Assembly: GCA_021828195.1 (NCBI GenBank)
Contig: JAKASQ010000002.1
Coordinates: 276,245 to 340,244 of the forward strand
DNA from: Thermoplasmata archaeon
GTDB taxonomy: Archaea; Thermoplasmatota; Thermoplasmata; Lutacidiplasmatales; UBA184
DNA: 64,000 nucleotides
Direction: 5' to 3'
Part shown: positions 1 through 8,691 of the stretch, one piece after another
How positions within the stretch are numbered: position 1 is the stretch's first letter
Layout: each line of letters starts with the position of its first letter
Notes under the pieces: model-generated
Seen by the model: only the letters and a program-made list of their open reading frames with translations
What the model was told of the DNA's origin: nothing
Databases searched by the model: none
Translations under genes and position numbers: made by a program

Positions 1-3
1 CGT

Positions 4-861
4 ATGGCGAACTATGCACACCCGGACGTCTTGGTCGACACGGAATGGGTGCTCGCGCACCACAAGGACCCGAACGTCCGCGTCGCGGAGGTCGATTACG
101 ACCCGTCGGCGAACTACGAACAGGGGCACGTCCCCGGCGCGGTCCTCTTCGACTGGCGCAAGGACATCAACGACCCCGTAGCGCGCGACATCCTCTCCCC
201 GCAGGCCCTGACGGAGTTGTTCCGTCGGGCGGGGATCGACGACGACACGACGATCGTCCTGTACGGGGACTTCAACAACTGGTTCGCCGCGTTCGCCTTC
301 TGGGTGTTCGCCTACTACGGGACGAAGCACATCAAGATCCTGAACGGCGGCCGCAAGAAGTGGATCGCGGAGGACAAACCGCTCAGCAAGGACCTCCCGA
401 AGCACCCCGCGGGTCACTTCACGGCGGCGGCGCCGAACCCGAAGCTGCGTGCCTACATGGACGATGTCCGCACGTCGCTGCCCGAGGTCAAGGCGGGGAA
501 GTTCATCCTCGTCGACGTGCGGGGACCGAAGGAGTTCTCCGGGGAGATCACCGCGCCGCCGGAGTACCCGACGGAGCACGCGCAGCGCGGGGGCCACATC
601 CCCGGCGCGAAGAACATCCCGTGGGCCCAGGCGGTCAACGAGGACGGCACGTTCAAGTCCCGCGAGCAGCTCGAGGAGCTCTACGTCTCGAAGGGCGTCA
701 AGTCCGGGACCCCCGTGGTCACGTACTGCCGGATCGGCGAGCGGTCGAGCCACACCTGGTTCGTCCTGACCTACCTGCTCGGGTACCCGAACGTGCGGAA
801 CTACGACGGCTCGTGGACCGAGTGGGGCAATCTCATCCGAACGCCGATCGAGAAGCCGTAA
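4..861 (+). CDS. Two-domain rhodanese (thiosulfate/3-mercaptopyruvate sulfurtransferase)
   Basis: Tandem rhodanese domains; C-terminal active-site loop CRIGERSS followed by NYDGSWTEWG, typical of SseA/TST enzymes. Confidence 0.85.
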   Translation: MANYAHPDVLVDTEWVLAHHKDPNVRVAEVDYDPSANYEQGHVPGAVLFDWRKDINDPVARDILSPQALTELFRRAGIDDDTTIVLYGDFNNWFAAFAFWVFAYYGTKHIKILNGGRKKWIAEDKPLSKDLPKHPAGHFTAAAPNPKLRAYMDDVRTSLPEVKAGKFILVDVRGPKEFSGEITAPPEYPTEHAQRGGHIPGAKNIPWAQAVNEDGTFKSREQLEELYVSKGVKSGTPVVTYCRIGERSSHTWFVLTYLLGYPNVRNYDGSWTEWGNLIRTPIEKP

Positions 862-865
862 GGCG

Positions 866-1558
866 CTAGCCGCGCCGGGGCACCCGGGGGACCGGGTGCG
901 CCTCCTTCCGGACGAGGAACTGGTGGAGATCCCCCTCACGTCGGCGGGCGAGCAGCCCATGACCCGTCTGATCGGACCAGCGCTCCATCTCGATCGGGCT
1001 GGTCGGATCGTCCGTCACGAGGAGGATCGCCGTGCCCGACGGCCGGGCGGCGAGCTCTTCGTTGAGCTTGGTCAGGATCGCGGAGCATTCGATCCCGATC
1101 TCGAACATCTCGAGATCTGGCGTCGCCGGCCAGCAGCGGATGCGCTGGGCGTGGATCCGCTCGAGGAGCCTCTCCCGGATCGCGTGCGCGCTCTCCAGAG
1201 GGGGTCCGTCCACGCGTTCGGGACGGAAGCGCACGATCCACCCCGCGTCGTACGGGGAGTCATTGACGAGCCGCGGCCGCTGGAAGAGCGCCGGGTTGAG
1301 CTCCGTGACGGTCCCGTCGACGGGCAGGCGAACGGCTCCGGTGTAGCGGACGGTTTCGATCATGCCGACGCTGCGGCCTGCGGCGATCGGGCCCGGGATG
1401 GGCCGGTAGGTCACGGCGGTGACGGGCCCGATGAACGCGGCGAAGGCCGAGATAATCCCGATCTTCGCCGAGGCGCCGCCCGGCCCGACGAGCATCCAGA
1501 CGTTGTTCTCGAGGTCGTAGAGCCGATCCTCGGGCAGTGGGCAGCCTTCGAGATCCAC
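866..1558 (-). CDS. GcvH-like (glycine-cleavage H fold, non-lipoylatable) fused to TusA-like sulfur-carrier domain
   Basis: N-terminal half aligns to GcvH (RLYDLENNVWML..., IETVRYTG where ESVKA is expected, LVNDSPYDAGWIVRF). C-terminal half matches TusA (RCWPATP ... ILLVTDDPTSPIEMERWSDQTGHGLL). Probable GTG start at 1558 with GGAG upstream; the listed ORF extends to 1720 with a low-complexity N-terminus. Confidence 0.6.
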   Translation of the reverse strand: MDLEGCPLPEDRLYDLENNVWMLVGPGGASAKIGIISAFAAFIGPVTAVTYRPIPGPIAAGRSVGMIETVRYTGAVRLPVDGTVTELNPALFQRPRLVNDSPYDAGWIVRFRPERVDGPPLESAHAIRERLLERIHAQRIRCWPATPDLEMFEIGIECSAILTKLNEELAARPSGTAILLVTDDPTSPIEMERWSDQTGHGLLARRREGDLHQFLVRKEAHPVPRVPRRG

Positions 1559-1844
1559 CTGAAGGGGAGCGCTCCCCGGCCCTTTACCGCTTCGTGGGGT
1601 CCCCGAGACGGAACCTTTTTCGCGGGTCGAGTCCCTCGCTCCGCGATGCCGGCGTCGACCCATGCTTCCCGCTCGCCGCGCCGGTTCCGCTGCCGCTGCG
1701 GCCACCTGCTCACGAACCACCTGCAGGTCGAGGGGATTCCGGGCTCGGCCAGTTTCCGTCTCGAGCCGACGGGGCCATGCGCCCTCTGTGGAGAAGGGAT
1801 CTGCCGGAAGTTCTCGCCGGGGACCGCGTGAGACGGCCGCGCGC

Positions 1845-2303
1845 TCAGCCGTAGGCCGTGCGCAAGAGGTATTCCTTGAACTGGCGCAGGCGCTCGTCCC
1901 AGAAGTGGAAGTGCCAGGACCGGGCCGCCTCCCACGCTTCCCCGGCTCCCCAGCCGGTGTGCTCGAGGGTCACGTCGATCCCTTCGGGGGACTCTTGCAG
2001 GCGGATGTAGACGGACGTGCGCGCCTTGGGCTCGTTCATCCGGCGGCCGAACTCGGCCGGTCCGGTCCAGGAAAACTGCAGATCGACGTCGGGGTGGATC
2101 GTCTCGATCACGCCGGCGCTGGTGAATCCTTTGGGATCCTTCCAGGTGAGCACGTACTCGCCGCCTACCTCGGGCGTGACGCGCGCAGAATCGCACAGCC
2201 AGCTCTCCAGCGCCTTGGGCTCGAGCAACGCCGAAAAGACCATGGGGACCGGAAGCGGGATCGTGACCTGGATCAGGATCGGGTCCAGCGCTTCCTCGAC
2301 CAT
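1845..2303 (-). CDS. SRPBCC/AHSA1-like (polyketide cyclase fold) domain protein
   Basis: 152 aa; beta-grip-like pattern (VLTWKDPKGFTSAGVIETIHP ... SVYIRLQESPEGIDVTLEHTGW) typical of the Aha1/START-like SRPBCC superfamily. Confidence 0.55.
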   Translation of the reverse strand: MVEEALDPILIQVTIPLPVPMVFSALLEPKALESWLCDSARVTPEVGGEYVLTWKDPKGFTSAGVIETIHPDVDLQFSWTGPAEFGRRMNEPKARTSVYIRLQESPEGIDVTLEHTGWGAGEAWEAARSWHFHFWDERLRQFKEYLLRTAYG

Positions 2304-2366
2304 AGGACACGGTTCGCATCGGCGCGTAAAGGGTTTGCGCAGTTCCGCGATGGTCGTTCGACACCG

Positions 2367-5300
2367 ATGGAGAGACGGACCGACGGCTCGCCCGTTCTAG
2401 CCCTATATTCCAGTGGGCCCCATGGCCACGCCGTGCAGCATGGATCGACGAACCTCGGGCCCCGACGTGCGTTCGCCGTCGGGCTCGTCCTCCTGCTCGT
2501 GCTGCTCGGCGCCGAGTGCGTGGTCCCCACGTCGACCGGGCACGGATCTGGGGCGGCCGCGCGCTCGACGCCGGCGCTCTCCGATCTGGCGGCGGGTCCG
2601 CGCGTCGCCGTTTCCCTCGCGGGCAAACTGCCGTCGATCCCCGTGTCGGGCACGCCGTACGTGGGCTCGGTCTCGGTCTTCGTGACGCTGAGCCTGCAGA
2701 ATCAGAGCCGGCTCGCGGCGCTCCTCACCGGGCTTTCCGACCCATCGAGCCCCGAGTACCACCAGTACCTGTCCGCCCGCGAGTTCACGGCGGAGTTCTC
2801 GCCTTCCGCATCGGCCTACCAGCTCGCGATCACCTACTTCCGCGGAGCCCTGGGAGTCCGCTTGATGTCCTACCCGAACCGCATCGGCCTCCTGCTCGAG
2901 GGTCCGGGACCGGCGGTCGGTGCGCTGTTCGGGATATCGTTCGAGCAAGGCGGCGCGCCGACGAGCTCGTACTATTCTCCGGTGGGCACACCGACCCTCC
3001 CGGCGCGCCTCGCCGCAGAGATCGTGTCGGTGGATGGCCTTTCGAGCTACGGAACGGCGACCCCGGCGACGACCCGTATGGTCGCGAGCGGACCGGCCGC
3101 CGTTGCGACGTCGGCGGGCTATCCGACGCCAACTCCGTGCGGGTCGGGTGGAGAGCAGTGTGTCTGGGGCTCGGATCTCCAGGTCGCGTACAACGAGCAG
3201 TCCCTGCTGTCGATCACGTACCCGACCCACGAGGTGGTCGCGACCATCCTCTGGGCCGGGCAGAACAGTCAAGGGCAGCCCGTCGGCCCGTACGTCCCGA
3301 ACGACATCTACGATTACTTCAACCTCACGCTACCGGCGGGTGAGCCTCACTCGACGGTGGTCCCCGTCCCCTACGACGGCGCTCCGATGCCCGGTATCTC
3401 CGCGAGCAACGATACGACGGGGTCGACCGGGGAGAACACGCTCGACCTCGAGATGGTCGGAAGCACCGCGCCCGGAGCGTCGATCTACAATGTCTACGGG
3501 AACGGTCCGGGGAGCGCCGAGACCGACGGCGCGCTGGCCTTCATCCTGAGCCCGACCGGTTATCCCGGCCTCGCGAACGTCAGCGTGATCTCCAACTCCT
3601 GGGGCTCGCTGGACTCGAACGATTCGTCGTGGGTCCCGATGCTGCAAGAGGCCCAGGCGCGGGGGATCACGGTCCTCGCCGCGACCGGGGACGCCGGGAG
3701 CAACCCCTCCAGCAACTACTCGGTGGGCTCGCAGGTCGAATTCCCATCCGTAATGGCCTACAACTCCTTCGGAGTGACGGCGGTGGGAGGCACCGCCCTC
3801 TCCCTGAACGCCGACCCGAGCTCTTCCGCATTCCTATCGATCGTCTCCCAGCCGGCATGGTACGAGCCCCAATCGGGAAGCGGCCCCATCGGCAGTTCCG
3901 GAGGAGTGAGCAAGTACTTCGCCGAGCCATCCTGGCAGCGCACCTCCGAGGCGAGCGCGGTGATCGCGGCTACGGGCTCGAGTGGGCGGGGAGTGCCGGA
4001 CGTTGCGGCCATCGCGCAGGACATGTTCGTGCTCGCGACGACCTCGGGGACCCAACTGACGTACCGCGACTTCGGGACCTCGGTGGCGACGCCGGTGGTC
4101 GCGGGGCTCGTCGCGGAGGCCGATGCGGTCCTCGTGCGATACCACCAGCCGAACCTGGGATTCCTCAACCCCGCGGTCTACGCGTGGGCCGACCGGATGG
4201 TCCAACCGCCTCCGGCCGGTTCGGAGAACGGCTCGGTCGTGTACGGCACGTACGACTCGTCGCTCCCGATGCTCCCATTCTACGACGTGACTCGGGGCGG
4301 GAACTACGCGTACCCGGCGCGGCCCGGCTACGACCTCGTCACCGGCTGGGGCTCGCTCAACGACTACAACTTCACGGCGTTCGTCCTCTCCTTCGACTAC
4401 GCGGGTTCCTCCTTCGCGCTCGATGGGGTGAAGGACGTGGTGAACCTGAGCGCGCTCACGGCGACCTCCGTGTTCCAGAACTCCACGGTGAACACCCAGT
4501 ACAACGCGTCGATCGAGCAAACGCTCTTCCTCGCCAACAGTCTCGGGTCCCCGATCTACTGGGTCCAGAACGCGGTTTCCCTCCAGCGCACCTCGTCGTC
4601 CGCGTGGCAGATCACCGAGACGGGTTCCATCTACTACCCGTTCTACGGGCTGTACCCGGGCCAGACGATCTGGGTTTACCGGACCTCGAGCGGTGGATCC
4701 ACCACGCTTCCCGCCACCTGGACGATCGCCACGAGCCTCCTGCGACCGACCGGCTCCTCTCCGGAGATCGTATTCGATGTGAACGGGCGGGCGGTCTCGA
4801 CGCCCGTCCCCGGGGCCGAGTTCATCATCGGCGGCTCGGGATACCGGTACTTCTGGCAGGGAGTCGAGTACACGGACGGCCCGTACCCGAACACCCCCGT
4901 CCCGAGCGGTCTTGCGCCCCAGTTCGGGATCCTGGGAGGTCCGTCCGGCAGCGCGGGCGTCTTCGCCGCACCCACCTCGGCGGCCGTCACTCCGACGTAT
5001 CTCCCCACGGGTGGGAGCGCCTACGTGGCCCCCGTCGGGGGCGGGGTCGTCCGCACCCCGATCGCCCAGGCGCCGGAATCCGCCCAGAACCTCCGATGGA
5101 CTCCGTCCGGCGGGAGTTGGAAGGCCGCGGTCGTGAGCGGGAGCGTCGATCAGGGATTCTTCGTGTATTCGACCGCCGACGCGGGCAACCCTGTCAACTT
5201 CCAGCTGGTCACGTTCGCCGTGGTGTTCCACGAGACCGGGCTCGGGAGCGGAGCGGTCTGGTCGGTGACGCTCGGCGGGATCACCGAGAGCTCGTCGGCC

Positions 5301-5642
5301 ACGACGATCACCTTCGAGATGCTCAACGGGACCTACGCCTTCTCCGTCCCATCGGTCGCCGGTTCGGACCCTTCGCCTGGATCGGGGAGCGTGGCCGTGC
5401 TCGGGAACTCGTCGTACGTCGCGCTCTCCTTCACGGCTTCCTGCATGGGGCTCAATTGCGCCTACGCGTACATCCCGGGCGGGTGGGAGATCTACGCGAT
5501 CCTCACGCTCGTTGCGGTCGCGGTCATCGCGTTGATCGCGCTCGTGGCCGTTCGACGGCCGCGTCGGCCGGTCTCGACTCCTGGCCCGGACGGCACCCGC
5601 GGGCCGGTCGAGCCGATGGTGCCCCCGTACAATCCGCGCTAG
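2367..5642 (+). CDS. Sedolisin (S53) family serine peptidase with pro-kumamolisin activation domain, long C-terminal beta-rich extension and C-terminal TM anchor
   Basis: Signal/TM segment AFAVGLVLLLVLLGA; propeptide motif SPEYHQYLSAREFTAEFSPS; catalytic motifs GENTLDLEM, ATGDAGS, FGTSVATP; many N-x-S/T sequons; C-terminal TM ILTLVAVAVIALIALVAV. The first ATG in the long ORF that precedes the signal segment is at 2367; upstream part of the 1662..5642 ORF overlaps minus-strand genes. Confidence 0.8.
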   Translation: MERRTDGSPVLALYSSGPHGHAVQHGSTNLGPRRAFAVGLVLLLVLLGAECVVPTSTGHGSGAAARSTPALSDLAAGPRVAVSLAGKLPSIPVSGTPYVGSVSVFVTLSLQNQSRLAALLTGLSDPSSPEYHQYLSAREFTAEFSPSASAYQLAITYFRGALGVRLMSYPNRIGLLLEGPGPAVGALFGISFEQGGAPTSSYYSPVGTPTLPARLAAEIVSVDGLSSYGTATPATTRMVASGPAAVATSAGYPTPTPCGSGGEQCVWGSDLQVAYNEQSLLSITYPTHEVVATILWAGQNSQGQPVGPYVPNDIYDYFNLTLPAGEPHSTVVPVPYDGAPMPGISASNDTTGSTGENTLDLEMVGSTAPGASIYNVYGNGPGSAETDGALAFILSPTGYPGLANVSVISNSWGSLDSNDSSWVPMLQEAQARGITVLAATGDAGSNPSSNYSVGSQVEFPSVMAYNSFGVTAVGGTALSLNADPSSSAFLSIVSQPAWYEPQSGSGPIGSSGGVSKYFAEPSWQRTSEASAVIAATGSSGRGVPDVAAIAQDMFVLATTSGTQLTYRDFGTSVATPVVAGLVAEADAVLVRYHQPNLGFLNPAVYAWADRMVQPPPAGSENGSVVYGTYDSSLPMLPFYDVTRGGNYAYPARPGYDLVTGWGSLNDYNFTAFVLSFDYAGSSFALDGVKDVVNLSALTATSVFQNSTVNTQYNASIEQTLFLANSLGSPIYWVQNAVSLQRTSSSAWQITETGSIYYPFYGLYPGQTIWVYRTSSGGSTTLPATWTIATSLLRPTGSSPEIVFDVNGRAVSTPVPGAEFIIGGSGYRYFWQGVEYTDGPYPNTPVPSGLAPQFGILGGPSGSAGVFAAPTSAAVTPTYLPTGGSAYVAPVGGGVVRTPIAQAPESAQNLRWTPSGGSWKAAVVSGSVDQGFFVYSTADAGNPVNFQLVTFAVVFHETGLGSGAVWSVTLGGITESSSATTITFEMLNGTYAFSVPSVAGSDPSPGSGSVAVLGNSSYVALSFTASCMGLNCAYAYIPGGWEIYAILTLVAVAVIALIALVAVRRPRRPVSTPGPDGTRGPVEPMVPPYNPR

Positions 5643-5677
5643 GCCCGATTGGGATCGGCCCGACCCGAGGGCGGAAG

Positions 5678-5751
5678 TGGACTGGTCGGGATTTGAACCC
5701 GAGGCCTCCGGTTTGCAAAACCGGCGATCTTCCGAGCTGATCTACCAGCCC
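5678..5751 (-). tRNA. tRNA-Ala (anticodon TGC)
   Basis: Reverse complement folds as GGGCTGG/CCAGTCC acceptor with G3:U70; D-arm GATC/GATC; anticodon loop TTTGCAA; T-loop TTCAAAT; discriminator A; CCA not encoded. Confidence 0.85.
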
Positions 5752-5849
5752 TCGGCCGTGGAGGGACGCTCCGGATTCATAGCCTTTCGTCTGGAGCGCG
5801 CGGCGGGCCGGGATAAGGAAATCTACTCCTGACGCACACCCCGAGTCGC

Positions 5850-6851
5850 ATGCGGCTGAGCGCGTTTTCGATCGTCGACGGCTTCGGTCCGTTCCAGAGC
5901 GAAGATCGGGATCGCCACCGCGAGGTGGTCGCGCTCGCGGAGGCGGCGGAAGCGGGTGGGCTGGACGCGATCTGGATCGCCGAGCACCACTTCCAGGGGG
6001 GCGGCGTGTGTCCCTCTCCGCCAATCCTCCTGGCGGCGGTCGCCGAGCGGGCGCGTCGCCTCCGGCTCGGATCGATGGTCGCCGTTCTGCCCTTCCACGA
6101 ACCGGTCGCCCTCGCGGAGGAGTACGCGCTCCTCGACCGGCTCAGCGGCGGCCGCCTGAACCTCGGGGTGGGCAGCGGCTACCTTGCAAGCGAGTTCGAG
6201 GGCTTCGGCATCGACCCGGCGGACAAGCGCGAACGGTTCGACCGTGCGCTCGCCACCCTGCTCCGGGCCTTCGCGGGCGAAGAGGTGACCGTGGACCGCC
6301 CCGGGTCGCGACCGGTGCGGCTCAGCGTACGACCCCTCCAGCATCCCCATCCTCCCATTTGGATCGCGGTCCAACGCCGGGAGGCCCTGCCGTTCGTCGC
6401 GGCGCGTGGAGTGTCGGCGGCGTTGATCCCTTACGCGACGGTCGGTGGGATCGAGGAGCTCCGGACCCAGATCGCCGACTACCGCGCCCACCTCCCGCCG
6501 AGGAGCCGCGCCGGGGTCTCGGTGGCCCTCCACGTCTATGCCGGCGATCGGCCCGATCTCGCGCGCGCGGCCCTGCAGCGCTATCTCGATAGCCGGCTCG
6601 CGACCCAGAGCACGTTCTACGCGGAGAAGGTACGACGCCATCCCGAGCACGCGAGCGCGGAGTCGATCGAGCGCAGCGGGTTCGCCCTCTTCGGCACCCC
6701 GCGGGAGGTCGCCGAACGACTCGAGCGGTTCCGCGAGATCGGAGTCGATGAAGTCCTCGGGATCTTCGATTTCGGTGGGCTGGAGGCGAGAGAAGCGCAG
6801 TCTTCCGCTCGGGCCCTGGGAAGCGCGCGCGCGCCGTTCGCGACGGCGTAG
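5850..6851 (+). CDS. LLM-class flavin (possibly F420)-dependent oxidoreductase, luciferase-like monooxygenase family
   Basis: TIM-barrel LLM signature (DAIWIAEHHF, LRLGSMVAVLPFHEPVALAEE, RLNLGVGSGY, GTPREVAERLERFREIGVDEV). Confidence 0.75.
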   Translation: MRLSAFSIVDGFGPFQSEDRDRHREVVALAEAAEAGGLDAIWIAEHHFQGGGVCPSPPILLAAVAERARRLRLGSMVAVLPFHEPVALAEEYALLDRLSGGRLNLGVGSGYLASEFEGFGIDPADKRERFDRALATLLRAFAGEEVTVDRPGSRPVRLSVRPLQHPHPPIWIAVQRREALPFVAARGVSAALIPYATVGGIEELRTQIADYRAHLPPRSRAGVSVALHVYAGDRPDLARAALQRYLDSRLATQSTFYAEKVRRHPEHASAESIERSGFALFGTPREVAERLERFREIGVDEVLGIFDFGGLEAREAQSSARALGSARAPFATA

Positions 6852-6906
6852 GGCGCTCGGGGCTCCTCCCTGCACCCCTATGTAGAACCGGATTCATGGA
6901 TGGCCG

Positions 6907-7680
6907 ATGAAGGTCGGGCGGCGGCCGGGACCGAAGCCGAAGCATCTCTACGTCCGGGTCGTGCGCGCCGGGAGCGAAGACGACGTCGACTTTCCGACGC
7001 CGGGGATCGTTCGCCCCTTCCTCGAGCACCTCGAGCACGTGGGGCGTCTCGTGGCCCACGGTGCGCTGCGAACCCCCACGGGCGATCTGCTCATCTTTCG
7101 CGCGACGGACCTCGCCGAGGCCCGACGCGTGCTGCGCACCGACCCTTTCGCAGGGATCCATCGAACGTCCTACGAGTTCCTCGAATGGTCCCCGGCCGAA
7201 CGGGGGAGCGGGGTCAATCTCGACCCGCCACCGCCGCGGGGCTCCGGTCGCCTGACGTCCCTGCAGCGGGTGGCGGTCGTGGTCCGGGACCAGAAGCGGG
7301 CCATCGCATGGTACCAGAACATCCTCGGTCTCGCGATCCGTTCCCAGGACCCGGACACCGGGTACGTCGAGCTCGCGCTCGGTCTGGGCACGAGCGCGAT
7401 CTCGCTCATCGCGCCCCACGCGGATTGGGGGGAGCCGTACTACTCGGAGGCCCTCGACCGCATCGGGGCCGCGACGGGGATCGTATTCCAGACCGATAGC
7501 GTTCGCGCCCTCGAGCTGCGGTTGCGCAATGCGCACGCCACCGTCACGCAGTCCGTGCGGGAGGAGCCGTGGGGCGGAAGCACGATCCGCTTCGCCGATC
7601 CGGACGGCAACGAGTTCCTGGCCTTCGAGACCCTCTTTCCGAGGAGTCGAACCGCCGTGCCTGCTCGCCGCCGCTCCTGA
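6907..7680 (+). CDS. Fusion protein: N-terminal YciI-like domain + C-terminal VOC/glyoxalase domain
   Basis: N-terminal region (HGALRTPTGDLLIFRATDLAEARRVLRTDPFAGIH ... EFLEW) is YciI-like; C-terminal region (LQRVAVVVRDQKRAIAWYQNILGL ... FADPDGNEFLAFE) is glyoxalase/bleomycin-resistance fold. Confidence 0.55.
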   Translation: MKVGRRPGPKPKHLYVRVVRAGSEDDVDFPTPGIVRPFLEHLEHVGRLVAHGALRTPTGDLLIFRATDLAEARRVLRTDPFAGIHRTSYEFLEWSPAERGSGVNLDPPPPRGSGRLTSLQRVAVVVRDQKRAIAWYQNILGLAIRSQDPDTGYVELALGLGTSAISLIAPHADWGEPYYSEALDRIGAATGIVFQTDSVRALELRLRNAHATVTQSVREEPWGGSTIRFADPDGNEFLAFETLFPRSRTAVPARRRS

Positions 7681-7759
7681 GGGCGGGCTTTGGATCGGGC
7701 CCGCGCTCGGGCGCGACGAGCTTTATCCCGCGAGGTCTGCGGGACCCCGGAGAACCCCC

Positions 7760-8428
7760 ATGGTCGAGATACTGCCGGGAGTGCACCTCGTGGACAACAT
7801 CGACCCCTCCCCGGACTTCACCACCCACGTCTACCTCTTGAAGGACCGCGGGAACACCTGGACCCTGATCGATTCCGGGCTCCCGGGCTCGGACGTGGCG
7901 ATCGGCGCCTACCTGGCCCACGTGAAGATCCCGCCCACCTCCATCAAGAGAATCCTCATCACCCATCTTCACCGCGATCACGTCGGCGGTCTCGCGCGGA
8001 TGATCGAACGGACGAAGGCCCGGACGTTCTCCCATTGGATCGAGGCGGCCTACATCAATTGCAAGCCCGCCTACGACGGACCCGGCGCGCCTCCGGCCGA
8101 GCCCGTGGTGATCGACGAAGTGCTCAAGGATGGTGACTCGGTCGACGCCGCAGGGGGCCTCGTCGCCTACCACACCCCAGGGCACACCCCGGGACACATG
8201 GCCTACTACCAGCCCGAGCGCAAGCTGCTGTTCAGCGGGGATCTGTTCTTCGGCGAGAAGGACGGGCTCATCCTCACGGTGCCGGACTTTACCCACCACA
8301 CACCCACCGCACGGATCTCGGCGCATCGGATGTCCCAACTCTCGGTCGAGTCGGTCCTCTCCTATCACGGGGGGCCCGTGCTCAAGAACGGCGCGAGCGC
8401 GCTCCGAAAGTTCGCCCGGCTCGACTGA
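7760..8428 (+). CDS. MBL-fold metallo-hydrolase
   Basis: HxHxDH motif (ITHLHRDHVGG) and TPGHTPGH; first ATG (MVEILPG) at 7760; the listed ORF start 7529 lies inside the preceding gene. Confidence 0.75.
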   Translation: MVEILPGVHLVDNIDPSPDFTTHVYLLKDRGNTWTLIDSGLPGSDVAIGAYLAHVKIPPTSIKRILITHLHRDHVGGLARMIERTKARTFSHWIEAAYINCKPAYDGPGAPPAEPVVIDEVLKDGDSVDAAGGLVAYHTPGHTPGHMAYYQPERKLLFSGDLFFGEKDGLILTVPDFTHHTPTARISAHRMSQLSVESVLSYHGGPVLKNGASALRKFARLD

Positions 8429-8469
8429 TCCGGCGCGGTGTCCTTCCGGGCCGGGAAACCGCGGCCGAG

Positions 8470-8544
8470 TGGGACTGGCCAGATTTGAACTGGCGTCTCG
8501 GAGTCCCGAACCCCGAAGGATGGACCAAGCTACCCCACAGTCCC
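8470..8544 (-). tRNA. tRNA-Pro (anticodon CGG)
   Basis: Reverse complement: acceptor GGGACTG/CAGTCCC; anticodon stem CGGGG/CTCCG with loop TTCGGGA (U33, CGG, G37); T-arm GCCAG-TTCAAAT-CTGGC; discriminator A; no encoded CCA. Confidence 0.75.
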
Positions 8545-8691
8545 ACGTTGACGGGTTGCGAGGCGGCCACGAGCGCGCGATATATGAGAGGGAGGGCGAA
8601 GGGGTCCGAGTACCCGGCTCGGGACGCTCTCCCGTGAGCGTTTCGTGATCCCTCCCTCCTCTTTCTAATCCCCAGCCCCCTTTCCTATCCC

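Noticed and set aside
1662-2366. N-terminal 235 aa of the 1326-aa plus-strand ORF
   Set aside because: It overlaps two well-supported minus-strand genes (GcvH/TusA fusion, SRPBCC) and has arginine/alanine-rich GC-driven composition. The sedolisin gene begins at the ATG preceding its signal peptide.
3629-5740. 703-aa plus-strand ORF and 465-aa minus-strand ORF (3834..5231)
   Set aside because: Alternative frames of the sedolisin gene. Proline/arginine/glycine-rich, typical high-GC shadow ORFs.
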